Of a stretch of 64,000 nucleotides of DNA, positions 55,603 through 64,000 are shown one piece after another (positions within the stretch are counted from its first letter, which is position 1; every line of letters starts with the position of its first letter). The stretch is from assembly GCA_000165345.1 (NCBI GenBank), contig CM000436.1:800001-864000 (forward strand), written 5' to 3'. Under the pieces are notes generated by a model. That model was given only the letters and a program-made list of their open reading frames with translations, was not told where the DNA came from and ran no database searches. Made by a program: the position numbers and the translations under genes.

Positions 55603-56034
55603 TTAAATATCTTCTATATCTACTCCTTCTGTTTCATCAAACTCAATTCCAACTTCATCGTACCCATCCTCGAAAATATCAGACTCATTGATCTTTGTAG
55701 TTTCAGGAATTTCACCTTTAGATTTCAATGCTCTAGCCTCATCTGGAGTATACTTGAGAATAATATCGCCCTTTGAGTCTTGAAAGTCTCTGAGCGAAAC
55801 TAATACAATATCGCCAGGATTTACCCAAACTTTCTTTCTCATCTTGCCCCTAATATGGCAAAGACGTTTCTGTCCATCAAAGCAATACGCATCAAGTCGT
55901 CCGTTGCCCAACATTCTTTGGACTTGGCCATATTCTTGCCCTTCCTCTTTGAATACTAACTCTCTCTTGTCTCCCTCACTGTCATTTTTCCCTCTCCTAC
56001 GATTTTTACCTCCTTTTCCTTTATTCTTCGGCAT
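55603..56034 (-). CDS. Translation initiation factor eIF1A
   Basis: The N-terminus reads [17 protein letters not shown]. The S1-like OB fold reads [63 protein letters not shown]. The acidic C-terminal tail ends DIEDI. Confidence 0.9.
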   Translation of the reverse strand: MPKNKGKGGKNRRRGKNDSEGDKRELVFKEEGQEYGQVQRMLGNGRLDAYCFDGQKRLCHIRGKMRKKVWVNPGDIVLVSLRDFQDSKGDIILKYTPDEARALKSKGEIPETTKINESDIFEDGYDEVGIEFDETEGVDIEDI

Positions 56035-56341
56035 AATTTTTGGGAGAAAAAATCAAGTATATATTAGCAAAATAATTTATCTTTGCTTTATTTTACTCGA
56101 TATATATAATACTGTATTAATGTAATAATTCAAAAAATTATGTGTTAGTTGATTTCTTAATTTAAATTAAATTTATAAATAATTTTAACTAGTTAAATAT
56201 TTGTACAAATATAATTTTCTTAATTATATTAATAAATTTTTGTTAAATATTAATAAAATATATAAATTAATTTTGAAATTGGACGCCAAAAAAAATATAA
56301 CGGGGTCGCAAATATACGGTAAATTTTAAAGATTTCAAATT

Positions 56342-57292
56342 ATGGAAATATTTGAAAAAAAAATTAACTTTAATACTCTACCACTCAATAAAGTAAGAAG
56401 ATGGATATCCTCAAAAACTGAACAAATTCTTGGAAAAGAAGATGAAATATTTATAGATTATTGCATTAACCAACTTGTATATAAGATTAGAAAGTCTGCA
56501 GCAGAAGAAGAATTACAAATATCGCCTAATGAGCTCATTAAGAATATTGAAGGATTTCTAGGTGAAAGAGCAATTGAATTTGTTAGTGAATTATGGGAAT
56601 ATATATCAAAATTCTCAGGAAATCCCATTAAAATTAAGTCAAGCAAAAACCATATCTCACCAAGAAATGTTGCAATAAAAAAAAATATTTTGCGTTCAAG
56701 TGATATATATAATAGAGATAAAAACAGTCTGATCACAAAAAATTCAAACATTAATAAAGAGATTGCATGCTGTCACATTTATAAAGGCAATGCAAGCTAT
56801 ATAAGTGCTATGAATAATACTGAAGATAGCTCAAAATTCATTCCATTAACTTCTAGGCATTCAAAAGAAAACAAAAGAGCTAGGTCTCTTAGTAGATCAT
56901 TATCTCCGGATCTATATGAATCATATGGCATTAAAAGTTATAAATATGAGAAAATACAAAAAATGGAAGAAAATTCAATTATAGGTGGAATAAGTTGCTC
57001 AAAAGTTTATACGAATAAATCTGAAAAGAAAAGCGAAAGGTTTTCTAATATAAATAAATATATAACTTCCATAGATGAAAAAGCTTCTTTTCCCGATATA
57101 AATCCGTTGAATAATTGTCAAACTGCTCTCGCGGCTCCAACTTCTGAAAAAATGCAAGAGCATAATCTGAGGATGAAAGCATTAGAACTGTTTAAACGAA
57201 AAAATCAAGCAAAAAATTTTAGATCAGAATCCGAAGAAATTCTGCGAGCTCGTGCTATTGAAAAATTTATAAAAAAGAAACCAAAAAATTAA
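56342..57292 (+). CDS. PWI-domain protein (SRm160/SRRM1-like splicing coactivator)
   Basis: The N-terminal PWI domain reads LNKVRRWISSKTEQILGKEDEIFIDYCINQLVYK...ISPNELIKNIEGFLGERAIEFVSELWEYI (compare PWITKRVTEILGFEDDVVIEFIFNQL...LTGFLNGKNAREFMGELW). The C-terminal region is basic and Ser/Arg-containing (KRARSLSRSLSPD). Confidence 0.6.
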   Translation: MEIFEKKINFNTLPLNKVRRWISSKTEQILGKEDEIFIDYCINQLVYKIRKSAAEEELQISPNELIKNIEGFLGERAIEFVSELWEYISKFSGNPIKIKSSKNHISPRNVAIKKNILRSSDIYNRDKNSLITKNSNINKEIACCHIYKGNASYISAMNNTEDSSKFIPLTSRHSKENKRARSLSRSLSPDLYESYGIKSYKYEKIQKMEENSIIGGISCSKVYTNKSEKKSERFSNINKYITSIDEKASFPDINPLNNCQTALAAPTSEKMQEHNLRMKALELFKRKNQAKNFRSESEEILRARAIEKFIKKKPKN

Positions 57293-57485
57293 AAAAATTT
57301 AGTTTCATTATCTCGAGAGTACTAATTTATAAGTTATTCTATTATTGTTTATAATTTTTTCTATAATTCGATAATAAAATTATTATATTCTATGTTTTTT
57401 CTAGAAAAAGTTGTAATTCTTTAATTTTTAATAAAAAATAAATATTAGGGGACTCCATATTTATGATATAATTTAAAACTGTCCC

Positions 57486-60149
57486 ATGTATTGGATTAGA
57501 TGGTTCATCTTTCTATTTATCATATATTCTTCAAGTAGAGACGTGGAAACAAAACCTGGAATTTCGGCATCACATGGTAAAATTATTATTTCCAGCACAA
57601 ATCACCAGTACGACCATAGTCAATTATCTTCAACCTCAAATGGAGTAAATGGAAGAACATTCATTCATGATAAAGGTTTAAATACCCAACCAAGGATTGA
57701 GCCTCCAATTTCTCCTAAGTTGTTGTGTCCAAAGGGTTACGATTTGGTTGATGAGAGTTGTTTTTTTTCTCATATTATTCCTGCAAACATTGAGTGTCCG
57801 GAGGGGTTTGAAGTACTTAAAACAGACCTTAGTGTAGAATGTATACACAAAACCTTAGTATCTGCGCAATTCAATTGCAAGAATGGAACTCCTCCAAAAA
57901 TATTGGATAATAACGCATATTGTCCAACAGAAATAACCGAGAGCCCATCAATAAATTGTCCTTCAGGTACTTTTCAGAAAGAAAATCAATGCATTGTTAT
58001 TGAATCAAAACCTCCAACTTTGAAATGTTTGGATGGTTTTTCTTTGGATAACAATTCTAATTGCAAACAAGTCATTGAATTAAAGCCTTTACTAAACTGC
58101 CCTCCAGATACAGTATTAGAACAAACAACGATGACGTGCGTTACAAAAGTTATTGTAGAACCTTTAGAGGTGTGCCCACCTGGAGCAGTCCCAGTCAAAT
58201 CCAGGGATCTTTCAGACATTAAAGGGTTACTGAACAGGATAGCAATAAATAACGATAATAAATTCAGAAGTTTGCAAGAAATCCCCACATTGGGATCTCT
58301 TGATAAATACAAAAATAATTTATCTTCAGTCGAAGATAATATAAATAATTCTCAAAAAGATAGAAGTTCTTTTAATTATTTTAATGAACAGAAGTATAAC
58401 AATAACAAGTTAGGAAATAAAGATTTTAATAACGAAAATAAAATTATTAACCCTGGATCAGGTAATATTAATGGCCAAATTAAATTGCCATCTAATACCT
58501 CAGATAAAAATAAAACAAATAATTCGGATTCTGTTTCAAATGTACGAGAACAGTTTTATGAAAATGAGAGGCCTATTGGGGTAAATCTTGGTCAGATTGA
58601 TACATTTTATCAGGCACTGTATGATTCAAGTAGAGACTTGAAAAATAATGGTGGAATAATTAATGAATCATTAATTGGAGATGAAATAGTATGTTTAGTG
58701 CTTCAGTTTACAAACCCGAAGGTAGAGTGTCCTCCAGGACTTAGTCTTGGTGAAGATGGAATTTGCGTTCATTCAGATATATTCACACCTAAAAAAACTT
58801 GTGAAGGCGGAATCGAGCCTGATAGTGATAATATGTGCGTAGTAGAAAAGTTACTTCCCGCAGAGGTTGAATGCCCAAAAGATTTTACCTTAGAAATTAT
58901 AACAGGTATGTGCATAAAAAGAGAAATAGAAGAACTTATTTGTCCGGAAGGAACAATATTAAATAGATCCTCACTGAAATGCGAATCTGATCCCAAATGC
59001 CCCGAAGGATTTACTTTGAATAACTCAACTATCAGTTGCGAATATGAGAAATCAGTACCTCCTCATCAGAAGTGTCCTGAAGGGACTGAATATGAAGAAT
59101 CTTCTAGCTCCTGTAAGGTGAAGGACGCACAGCTACCATTAATCATGTGCCCAGAGGGTTATGAACAAAGAGGGGATGATTGCATTTTAGATAAAAGAAT
59201 CCCTGCTTCTTATTACTGCCCACCAGATTATTACCAGACAAATAAAAATGATTGTGTTAAATGGTACCAGGATTACTTGCTTCAATGCCCTCCATTTTTA
59301 GACCTCAAGGATGAGATATTTGCTTATAGAACCGATCTAATTCCTCCGCCTGCGGCTGGGAGAGGACCTGTCCTTCCATATGTGGAATTTGGAAGAAGAT
59401 TACAGAAAATTTCTTACGAAAACTTTAGTCAATTTTCGGAACAAAGAAATATAGATCAAACTAAAAATATTAAAAATAGAAATGGGGTTGTCAATCTCAA
59501 AAACACTAATAGTATGAATTCAAGAAAACAATATGATGACTTGAGTTCATCAACTCCTATTGTAATAAGAAGTTCAAAAACTAGAGGGATGGTCTGTTTT
59601 GGATGGGGAAAAAGATATAAAATGATTGTAAATTGTCCTGAAGGAACTATTTTGTTAAATGAGAAATGTATTGAAACCAAGTTAACTTCACCACAATTTT
59701 TCTGCACAAAAGGTTATACATTTAATGAACTTGACTCAACGTGTATATATGAAGAAAAAGTTAATCCAAACATAGAGTGTCCTGCATATATGAACTTAAC
59801 GTTCGCTAGTACTGGATCCCCTATTTGTATTGGAAGCAGGAGGGAGCCTGCAGAAGTAAATTGTCCTGAAGGATTTGAATGGTTATCCGAAACATTGAAC
59901 TGCCAATCACAGGAATTTTCACAGCCAAGAATTACATGTATTAAAGGGTATTCAATTGTAAAAGAAAGTACTGGGACTTTTTGTAAAAGAACTGATTCGA
60001 TCAAGCCCACACCTAGCTGCCCACCAGAATATAGATACGACGACTTGAATAAAATTTGTATTTACGAAGTAAAACTTCATGAAGTGAGAGAACGAGATGA
60101 AAACTTAAGAAATTCAATTACAAACATTAGAACAAATCTGAATTTATAA
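57486..60149 (+). CDS. Secreted cysteine-rich repeat protein (CPxG two-Cys modules), possibly of the oocyst wall protein (COWP)-like family
   Basis: The signal peptide reads MYWIRWFIFLFIIYSSS. At least 20 modules of about 23-27 aa follow, of the form C-P-[EP]-G-[FY/T]-x-L-x(5-9)-C-x(9-13), e.g. CPEGFEVLKTDLSVEC, CPPGLSLGEDGIC, CPEGTILNRSSLKC, CPEGFTLNNSTISC, CPEGTEYEESSSSC, CPEGYEQRGDDC and CPPDYYQTNKNDC. An Asn-rich low-complexity insertion of about 180 aa sits in the middle. Confidence 0.6.
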   Translation: MYWIRWFIFLFIIYSSSRDVETKPGISASHGKIIISSTNHQYDHSQLSSTSNGVNGRTFIHDKGLNTQPRIEPPISPKLLCPKGYDLVDESCFFSHIIPANIECPEGFEVLKTDLSVECIHKTLVSAQFNCKNGTPPKILDNNAYCPTEITESPSINCPSGTFQKENQCIVIESKPPTLKCLDGFSLDNNSNCKQVIELKPLLNCPPDTVLEQTTMTCVTKVIVEPLEVCPPGAVPVKSRDLSDIKGLLNRIAINNDNKFRSLQEIPTLGSLDKYKNNLSSVEDNINNSQKDRSSFNYFNEQKYNNNKLGNKDFNNENKIINPGSGNINGQIKLPSNTSDKNKTNNSDSVSNVREQFYENERPIGVNLGQIDTFYQALYDSSRDLKNNGGIINESLIGDEIVCLVLQFTNPKVECPPGLSLGEDGICVHSDIFTPKKTCEGGIEPDSDNMCVVEKLLPAEVECPKDFTLEIITGMCIKREIEELICPEGTILNRSSLKCESDPKCPEGFTLNNSTISCEYEKSVPPHQKCPEGTEYEESSSSCKVKDAQLPLIMCPEGYEQRGDDCILDKRIPASYYCPPDYYQTNKNDCVKWYQDYLLQCPPFLDLKDEIFAYRTDLIPPPAAGRGPVLPYVEFGRRLQKISYENFSQFSEQRNIDQTKNIKNRNGVVNLKNTNSMNSRKQYDDLSSSTPIVIRSSKTRGMVCFGWGKRYKMIVNCPEGTILLNEKCIETKLTSPQFFCTKGYTFNELDSTCIYEEKVNPNIECPAYMNLTFASTGSPICIGSRREPAEVNCPEGFEWLSETLNCQSQEFSQPRITCIKGYSIVKESTGTFCKRTDSIKPTPSCPPEYRYDDLNKICIYEVKLHEVRERDENLRNSITNIRTNLNL

Positions 60150-60151
60150 AA

Positions 60152-61933
60152 TTAATTCAAGATAGGATTTTTTTTTCCATTTTTAGATAATTTTTCTAAT
60201 CTTTCTATTTCCAATCTAAAAAATTGTTCAAGTCTATTTTTTGAAAGCTTTTCCTCACCATTCATTAGAGCCTGGACTCTCGCAAGCATAATCCAAGTAT
60301 GCAATGAACTTGCATGAATTAAATTGCAGATATTTGATTTTTGCCTAATATTCACAAATGTTTCCGCGATATAATCTTGTGTTTGCTCATCAAATTCTAA
60401 CATATCAACACAACTGCCTACAATAGAAATAAACAACTTTAAAACAAAGGAGAAGTTTGCTTCAGAACAATTAGGAACCAAGTTTCCAGATTTATTCCGG
60501 GGATTCAAAATACCATTATTTTCTTCAGCATATTTGGCATTCAAACTAATCGAAAGATTACTTTTATTTGCAAAAATACTCTTTTCATTACTAGTTAAAA
60601 TGATGTAGTTTGATTCAGTCTTTATCGGGACTTTGTAGTTCGTAAAACCATAGTTCACATATCCGAAATTAGTCAGTAATGAAATATTGGAAATATTTTC
60701 CAAGCCTTTTTCAGACAATTTTCCATCTTCAAGAGAAGTTTCATTAATTACGATTAAGTTTCTCAAAAGTGGAACTTGAAGAATCCCCGTAACAAATCTG
60801 TCCTCTTCAACATCAAAATATGGGGTTAAACGACCATTATTCAGGGTTGAAATATCGGCATTTATCCAATTTAATCTTGGAAAGTGGTTCAACAAAAATG
60901 AATTTAGTCTTTCAACAAACTCTTTATTACACATAGATATATGCAATACAATCTGAGGTAATTTTGAAATACAGTCTGAGACATTTTCTTCATATGCATT
61001 AAACTCTAACTTTTGCCTACTACATATACATAACAAAATATACTCGGATAATAAATAGTTTCCATCACAAATTTCATTAGCAATATGTTCAATAGAGATA
61101 TTGTATAAGTCTGAAATACCATTTAAATTAGGGCATTTATATTTTACTAATCTTTCAAGAAGCTTGCAAGTTCTAGATGGAGAATAAAACTCCCCGAGAA
61201 ACCCATAATATTCTATTTCCTTGCAGAAAATCGAAGAAAAGTTTGATATACGCTTAAAGGAAATGGCGTGTAGCACAAGTTTTCTTTGAGTTCTTTGGCT
61301 TAACTTGATTAATTTGCTATTGTATAGCTTCTCTTCCATCTTAGATAAATACTCGAAATTGTCTAAATCTTGGAGTTCAACGGTAGTTAATATTTCTAAA
61401 AGTTCATTAATTTTTAGTTTGTTTGTAGTTCCTTGATCAATTTTTAATTTACTTGTAGTGTCAATCATGTAATCAAAGAAAGCCTTTCTAGTTTCAACTT
61501 CAATTGAAGAAGTGCACTCAGGTAATTCTACGCTAAAATCGTAAGTCTTTACTATACATTCATCAAACTTGTGATAAACATTTGAAAAATAGTCTTGATC
61601 GTTTTCTACAAAGTTGTGATTCCAATGTAATCTATTTTCGAACGGAATTGGCACAAATCTGTATACGTTTCTGAAGCTATAGCTGTTCCCGTTACTTCGG
61701 TTCTTTCGAGCCAAATTATTGCAACCATAAAAAATATCAGAACTTGCAGGGCTTCCATGGTCAAGGTCCTCATCTGAGATGAATAGTTCTTGCTCTTGAA
61801 AATACTCAATCATTCCCCTAGCTATAAAATAGCCCTTTATGGGCTGTTTAATTTTTTCATCAGAGATTAGCCTATTTATGTCGCATTTTCCATAATTTAA
61901 TTGTTCAACAAATTTATTTAATAAATTTAACAT
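60152..61933 (-). CDS. MCM-binding protein (MCMBP)-like
   Basis: The 593-aa ORF has an N-terminal MIEYFQEQ segment (compare MCMBP VIEYFKEK). The central region reads NETSLEDGKLSEKGLENISNISLLTNFGYVNYGF (compare [34 protein letters not shown]). The C-terminus reads LHTWIMLARVQALMNGEEKLSKNRLEQFFRLE (compare [32 protein letters not shown]). Confidence 0.5.
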   Translation of the reverse strand: MLNLLNKFVEQLNYGKCDINRLISDEKIKQPIKGYFIARGMIEYFQEQELFISDEDLDHGSPASSDIFYGCNNLARKNRSNGNSYSFRNVYRFVPIPFENRLHWNHNFVENDQDYFSNVYHKFDECIVKTYDFSVELPECTSSIEVETRKAFFDYMIDTTSKLKIDQGTTNKLKINELLEILTTVELQDLDNFEYLSKMEEKLYNSKLIKLSQRTQRKLVLHAISFKRISNFSSIFCKEIEYYGFLGEFYSPSRTCKLLERLVKYKCPNLNGISDLYNISIEHIANEICDGNYLLSEYILLCICSRQKLEFNAYEENVSDCISKLPQIVLHISMCNKEFVERLNSFLLNHFPRLNWINADISTLNNGRLTPYFDVEEDRFVTGILQVPLLRNLIVINETSLEDGKLSEKGLENISNISLLTNFGYVNYGFTNYKVPIKTESNYIILTSNEKSIFANKSNLSISLNAKYAEENNGILNPRNKSGNLVPNCSEANFSFVLKLFISIVGSCVDMLEFDEQTQDYIAETFVNIRQKSNICNLIHASSLHTWIMLARVQALMNGEEKLSKNRLEQFFRLEIERLEKLSKNGKKNPILN

Positions 61934-62333
61934 TTATTTCTGAATATTTAGTACTCAAACATGAAAAAAACAATATAGGTAGCAGCGAAGAATAATCTAA
62001 TTAAAATGTTTGGCAGATAGCAAAATCAATAAAAAGTATATCAAGTACTAACATGTTCAAATTCAGCATGTCAATTTGGGATGATCAAATTATAAGTAAA
62101 ATACCGGTATGTAGGGCGTCTTGTCTTTATATGAGACGGTCGCCATAATTAACACTTGTATAGAGACGAAAGCGTAGTCGCATTTTTTGAACAACATAGC
62201 TTGAAAAGAAATTGTGTAAAGTTGATCTTAAGACAAATTAGCTCGAGTTGTATGCGAATTTTGTCGTACATTATTGCAGTAAATTGTTACACATTGGCGA
62301 TTTTTCTCTATTCTGTCTCTTTGACGAGAGAAA

Positions 62334-63776
62334 ATGGATCCGCTGTCTGCTAATCCTCGTAAGTTTAAAGTTTATGGGTGTGAGTAATATAAATTGTGTA
62401 GTTAAAATTGCCAACCTTGGTTGGTTCAATTTTCTCTGATCAAGTTAAGATTGATCTAATAGAGTGAGTGATGGTAATTTTTGCGAGTCCTCAGCCATAC
62501 ATTCAATTTGACGTTTCTACTGTAATTTATTATTCATACCTTTCTTCTTTTACTTGATTTATTAAATAATTTAGGCAAAGTTTTTGTCGGAAATTTACCA
62601 CCAGGCTATGCTGAACAGGATTTGAAAGATTTTTTTTCCAAGGTTGGTGAAATAAAAAAATTAGAGCTCAAGCAAAGGTTCTGCTTTATTGAATATGAAG
62701 ATGAAACACAGGCAGAAGCAGCTCACCGAGAATTAGATGGGGTTGAATTTGGAGGACAAGTTATTGCTGTTCAACCTCACGATCCAATGGTTAGAAATAA
62801 GGAGACAAATGCTGCTAATAAGCCCCAATATAATCGACCATTACCTTCTGATGGTCGAGGGCCTCCAAGAAAACACTTTCGTGTATGCGTTTTTAACTTA
62901 GATGATAACGCTTCGTGGAGAGATCTCAAAGATTATGGGAGGCAGATAGGCGAAGTCAATTACTCAGCAGTCTTCCACTATCAAGGGCAGAAAGTTGGAG
63001 TTGTAGAGTATCTAACTGTTGAGGAAATGAAGAGAGCACTAGAAGAGATACCTAATCTACCATTTCTGGGAAAATCTATCCGTGTGGAAGAAGATATTGG
63101 GCAGCTTGACCGTGAACTTGCAGCTGCAAACGGGTACGGCGCTAAGAGAAGATCACCGCCTCCATTCTCATCAGGGCCCTATAATACAGGAGGTAGAGCT
63201 CGCGGAAGATACCCTTCGCCTTCAAGGTTTAGAATGCGCAGCAGGTCTCCCAGACGCGATCCATATGATAGGCGTGAACGCTCTCATCACTATCCTGATG
63301 ACCGATATCGTAGAGGGTATGAAGACCGTATTCCACCACCAAGGGAGGACTACTATAGGAGGGATGAAGTAAGGGGCGGATACCCGGGAGAGAGATACCC
63401 CCCACCCCCATATGAAGACCCTAGAGAAAGATATATGCACGGGTCTGAACGCTTTGATGACAGGTATCCAGGGAGAGCGGTCCCGTTTGATAGGAGAAGC
63501 CCATCTCGCAGTGGAATAGGAGTTGGGCCAATTGGTGGGAATGGTAGTATGAACGTACAAAGGAGTGGCCATTATGGAGGCTCCACCAGAGGCTACTACA
63601 GAGATGATGATCGCGATCGAGAGCGTGATCGAGAGCGTGATCGTAGATCAGCCAATGATCAATATTCTAACTCTTATTATTTAAGGGATGATAGAGATCC
63701 TCCAGGTTCTAGACCATCGGGTGGATACGTATCTAGTGGAGTTCCATCTGGTGGCCGTCCGAACGTTGCATATTAA
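62334..63776 (+). CDS. SRSF1 (ASF/SF2)-like splicing factor. Two RRMs plus an R-D/E/Y/S-rich C-terminal domain. Two exons: 62334..62358 and 62575..63776, with the intron at 62359..62574.
   Basis: The track ORF 62622..63776 lacks the RNP2 motif. The upstream exon ATGGATCCGCTGTCTGCTAATCCTC|GTAAGT plus the acceptor AATTTAG at 62574 restore it, giving MDPLSANPRKVFVGNLPPGYAEQDLKDFFSKVGEI.... The second pseudo-RRM carries SWRDLKDY (the SWQDLKD signature of SRSF1). The C-terminus contains RSRSPRRDPYDRRERSHH and RDRERDRERDRR repeats. Confidence 0.75.
62359..62574 (+). other. Spliceosomal intron (216 nt) of the SRSF1-like gene, the longest intron in the window
   Basis: GTAAGT at 62359 and TTTAG at 62570-62574 restore the RNP2 motif RKVFVGNLP. 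The intron contains in-frame stops. Confidence 0.7.
63607..63645 (+). repeat. Tandem 12-nt repeat (cgagagcgtgat)x~3 encoding the RDRERDRERDR dipeptide repeat in the SR protein tail
   Basis: A direct read of gatcgcgatcgagagcgtgatcgagagcgtgatcgtag. Confidence 0.8.
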
Positions 63777-64000
63777 TTTCTATTTTACCATTGGACGGTA
63801 CATGGAGAATAATTGGCAATAATTATCGGATTTCTTGTTACTCTCTTGGCGCTTTCGGGGTGGAATAAGTATAATCTTTTAATTGAAAACGGTTGAGCTT
63901 TAATGGAGGTATTAATTAGCTCTAGCCAGTATGGCCAATTTTTTAATTGGGACATTAAAACCTGAATAAAACCATTAATAGATTCCTCATGTTATTACAA

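Overview
This window reads as a compact nuclear segment of an apicomplexan genome, most likely Cryptosporidium. It is AT-rich (about 30% GC) and gene-dense, with roughly 37 protein-coding genes on both strands in 64 kb and intergenic spacers often under 300 nt. The organism call rests on two ApiAP2 transcription factors and a PIP5K carrying an N-terminal calcium-sensor domain.

Identifiable genes are mostly eukaryotic housekeeping ones:
- an alpha-adaptin C-terminus that enters from the left edge;
- a CDKL-type kinase, a SWR1/SRCAP-type SNF2 ATPase and the proteasome activator PA28;
- ValRS and the PheRS beta subunit;
- a UTP4/cirhin-like WD40 protein, an NBP35 Fe-S ATPase, PTH2, ERO1 and a UCH deubiquitinase;
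- a UvrD/Srs2-type helicase, a La protein, an ABC1/ADCK kinase and importin alpha;
- a DnaJ protein, kinesin-13, SBDS, eIF1A, a PWI-domain protein, MCM-binding protein and an SRSF1-like SR protein.

No rRNA, tRNA, CRISPR array or transposon could be supported.

The six-frame ORF track misses or truncates nine small-intron genes that I reconstructed by hand from GTAAGT-type donors, AG acceptors and frame continuity. Most introns are 41-53 nt, with a few longer ones at 81-82, 117 and 216 nt. The reconstructed genes are:
- a four-exon MED10;
- a three-exon SSSCA1/p27-like zinc-ribbon gene;
- a three-exon PAC3-like proteasome chaperone;
- a four-exon small secreted acidic protein;
- PTH2 with a transmembrane-anchor exon;
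- a 5' EF-hand exon of PIP5K;
- a three-exon bacterial-type SAM methyltransferase;
- a 5' exon restoring the RNP2 motif of the SR protein;
- a signal-peptide exon of an N-glycan-rich low-complexity protein.

The most interesting items are the bacterial-type methyltransferase with a transmembrane anchor (candidate horizontal transfer), an 887-aa secreted protein built from about 20 CPxG two-cysteine modules (oocyst-wall-protein-like), a membrane-anchored NBP35, recurrent GGCGCC(A) E2F-like motifs in intergenic DNA, and convergent gene pairs whose stop codons lie 2-12 nt apart.

All homology statements come from motif recognition by eye, not database searches. Hand-derived coordinates may be off by 1-2 nt.
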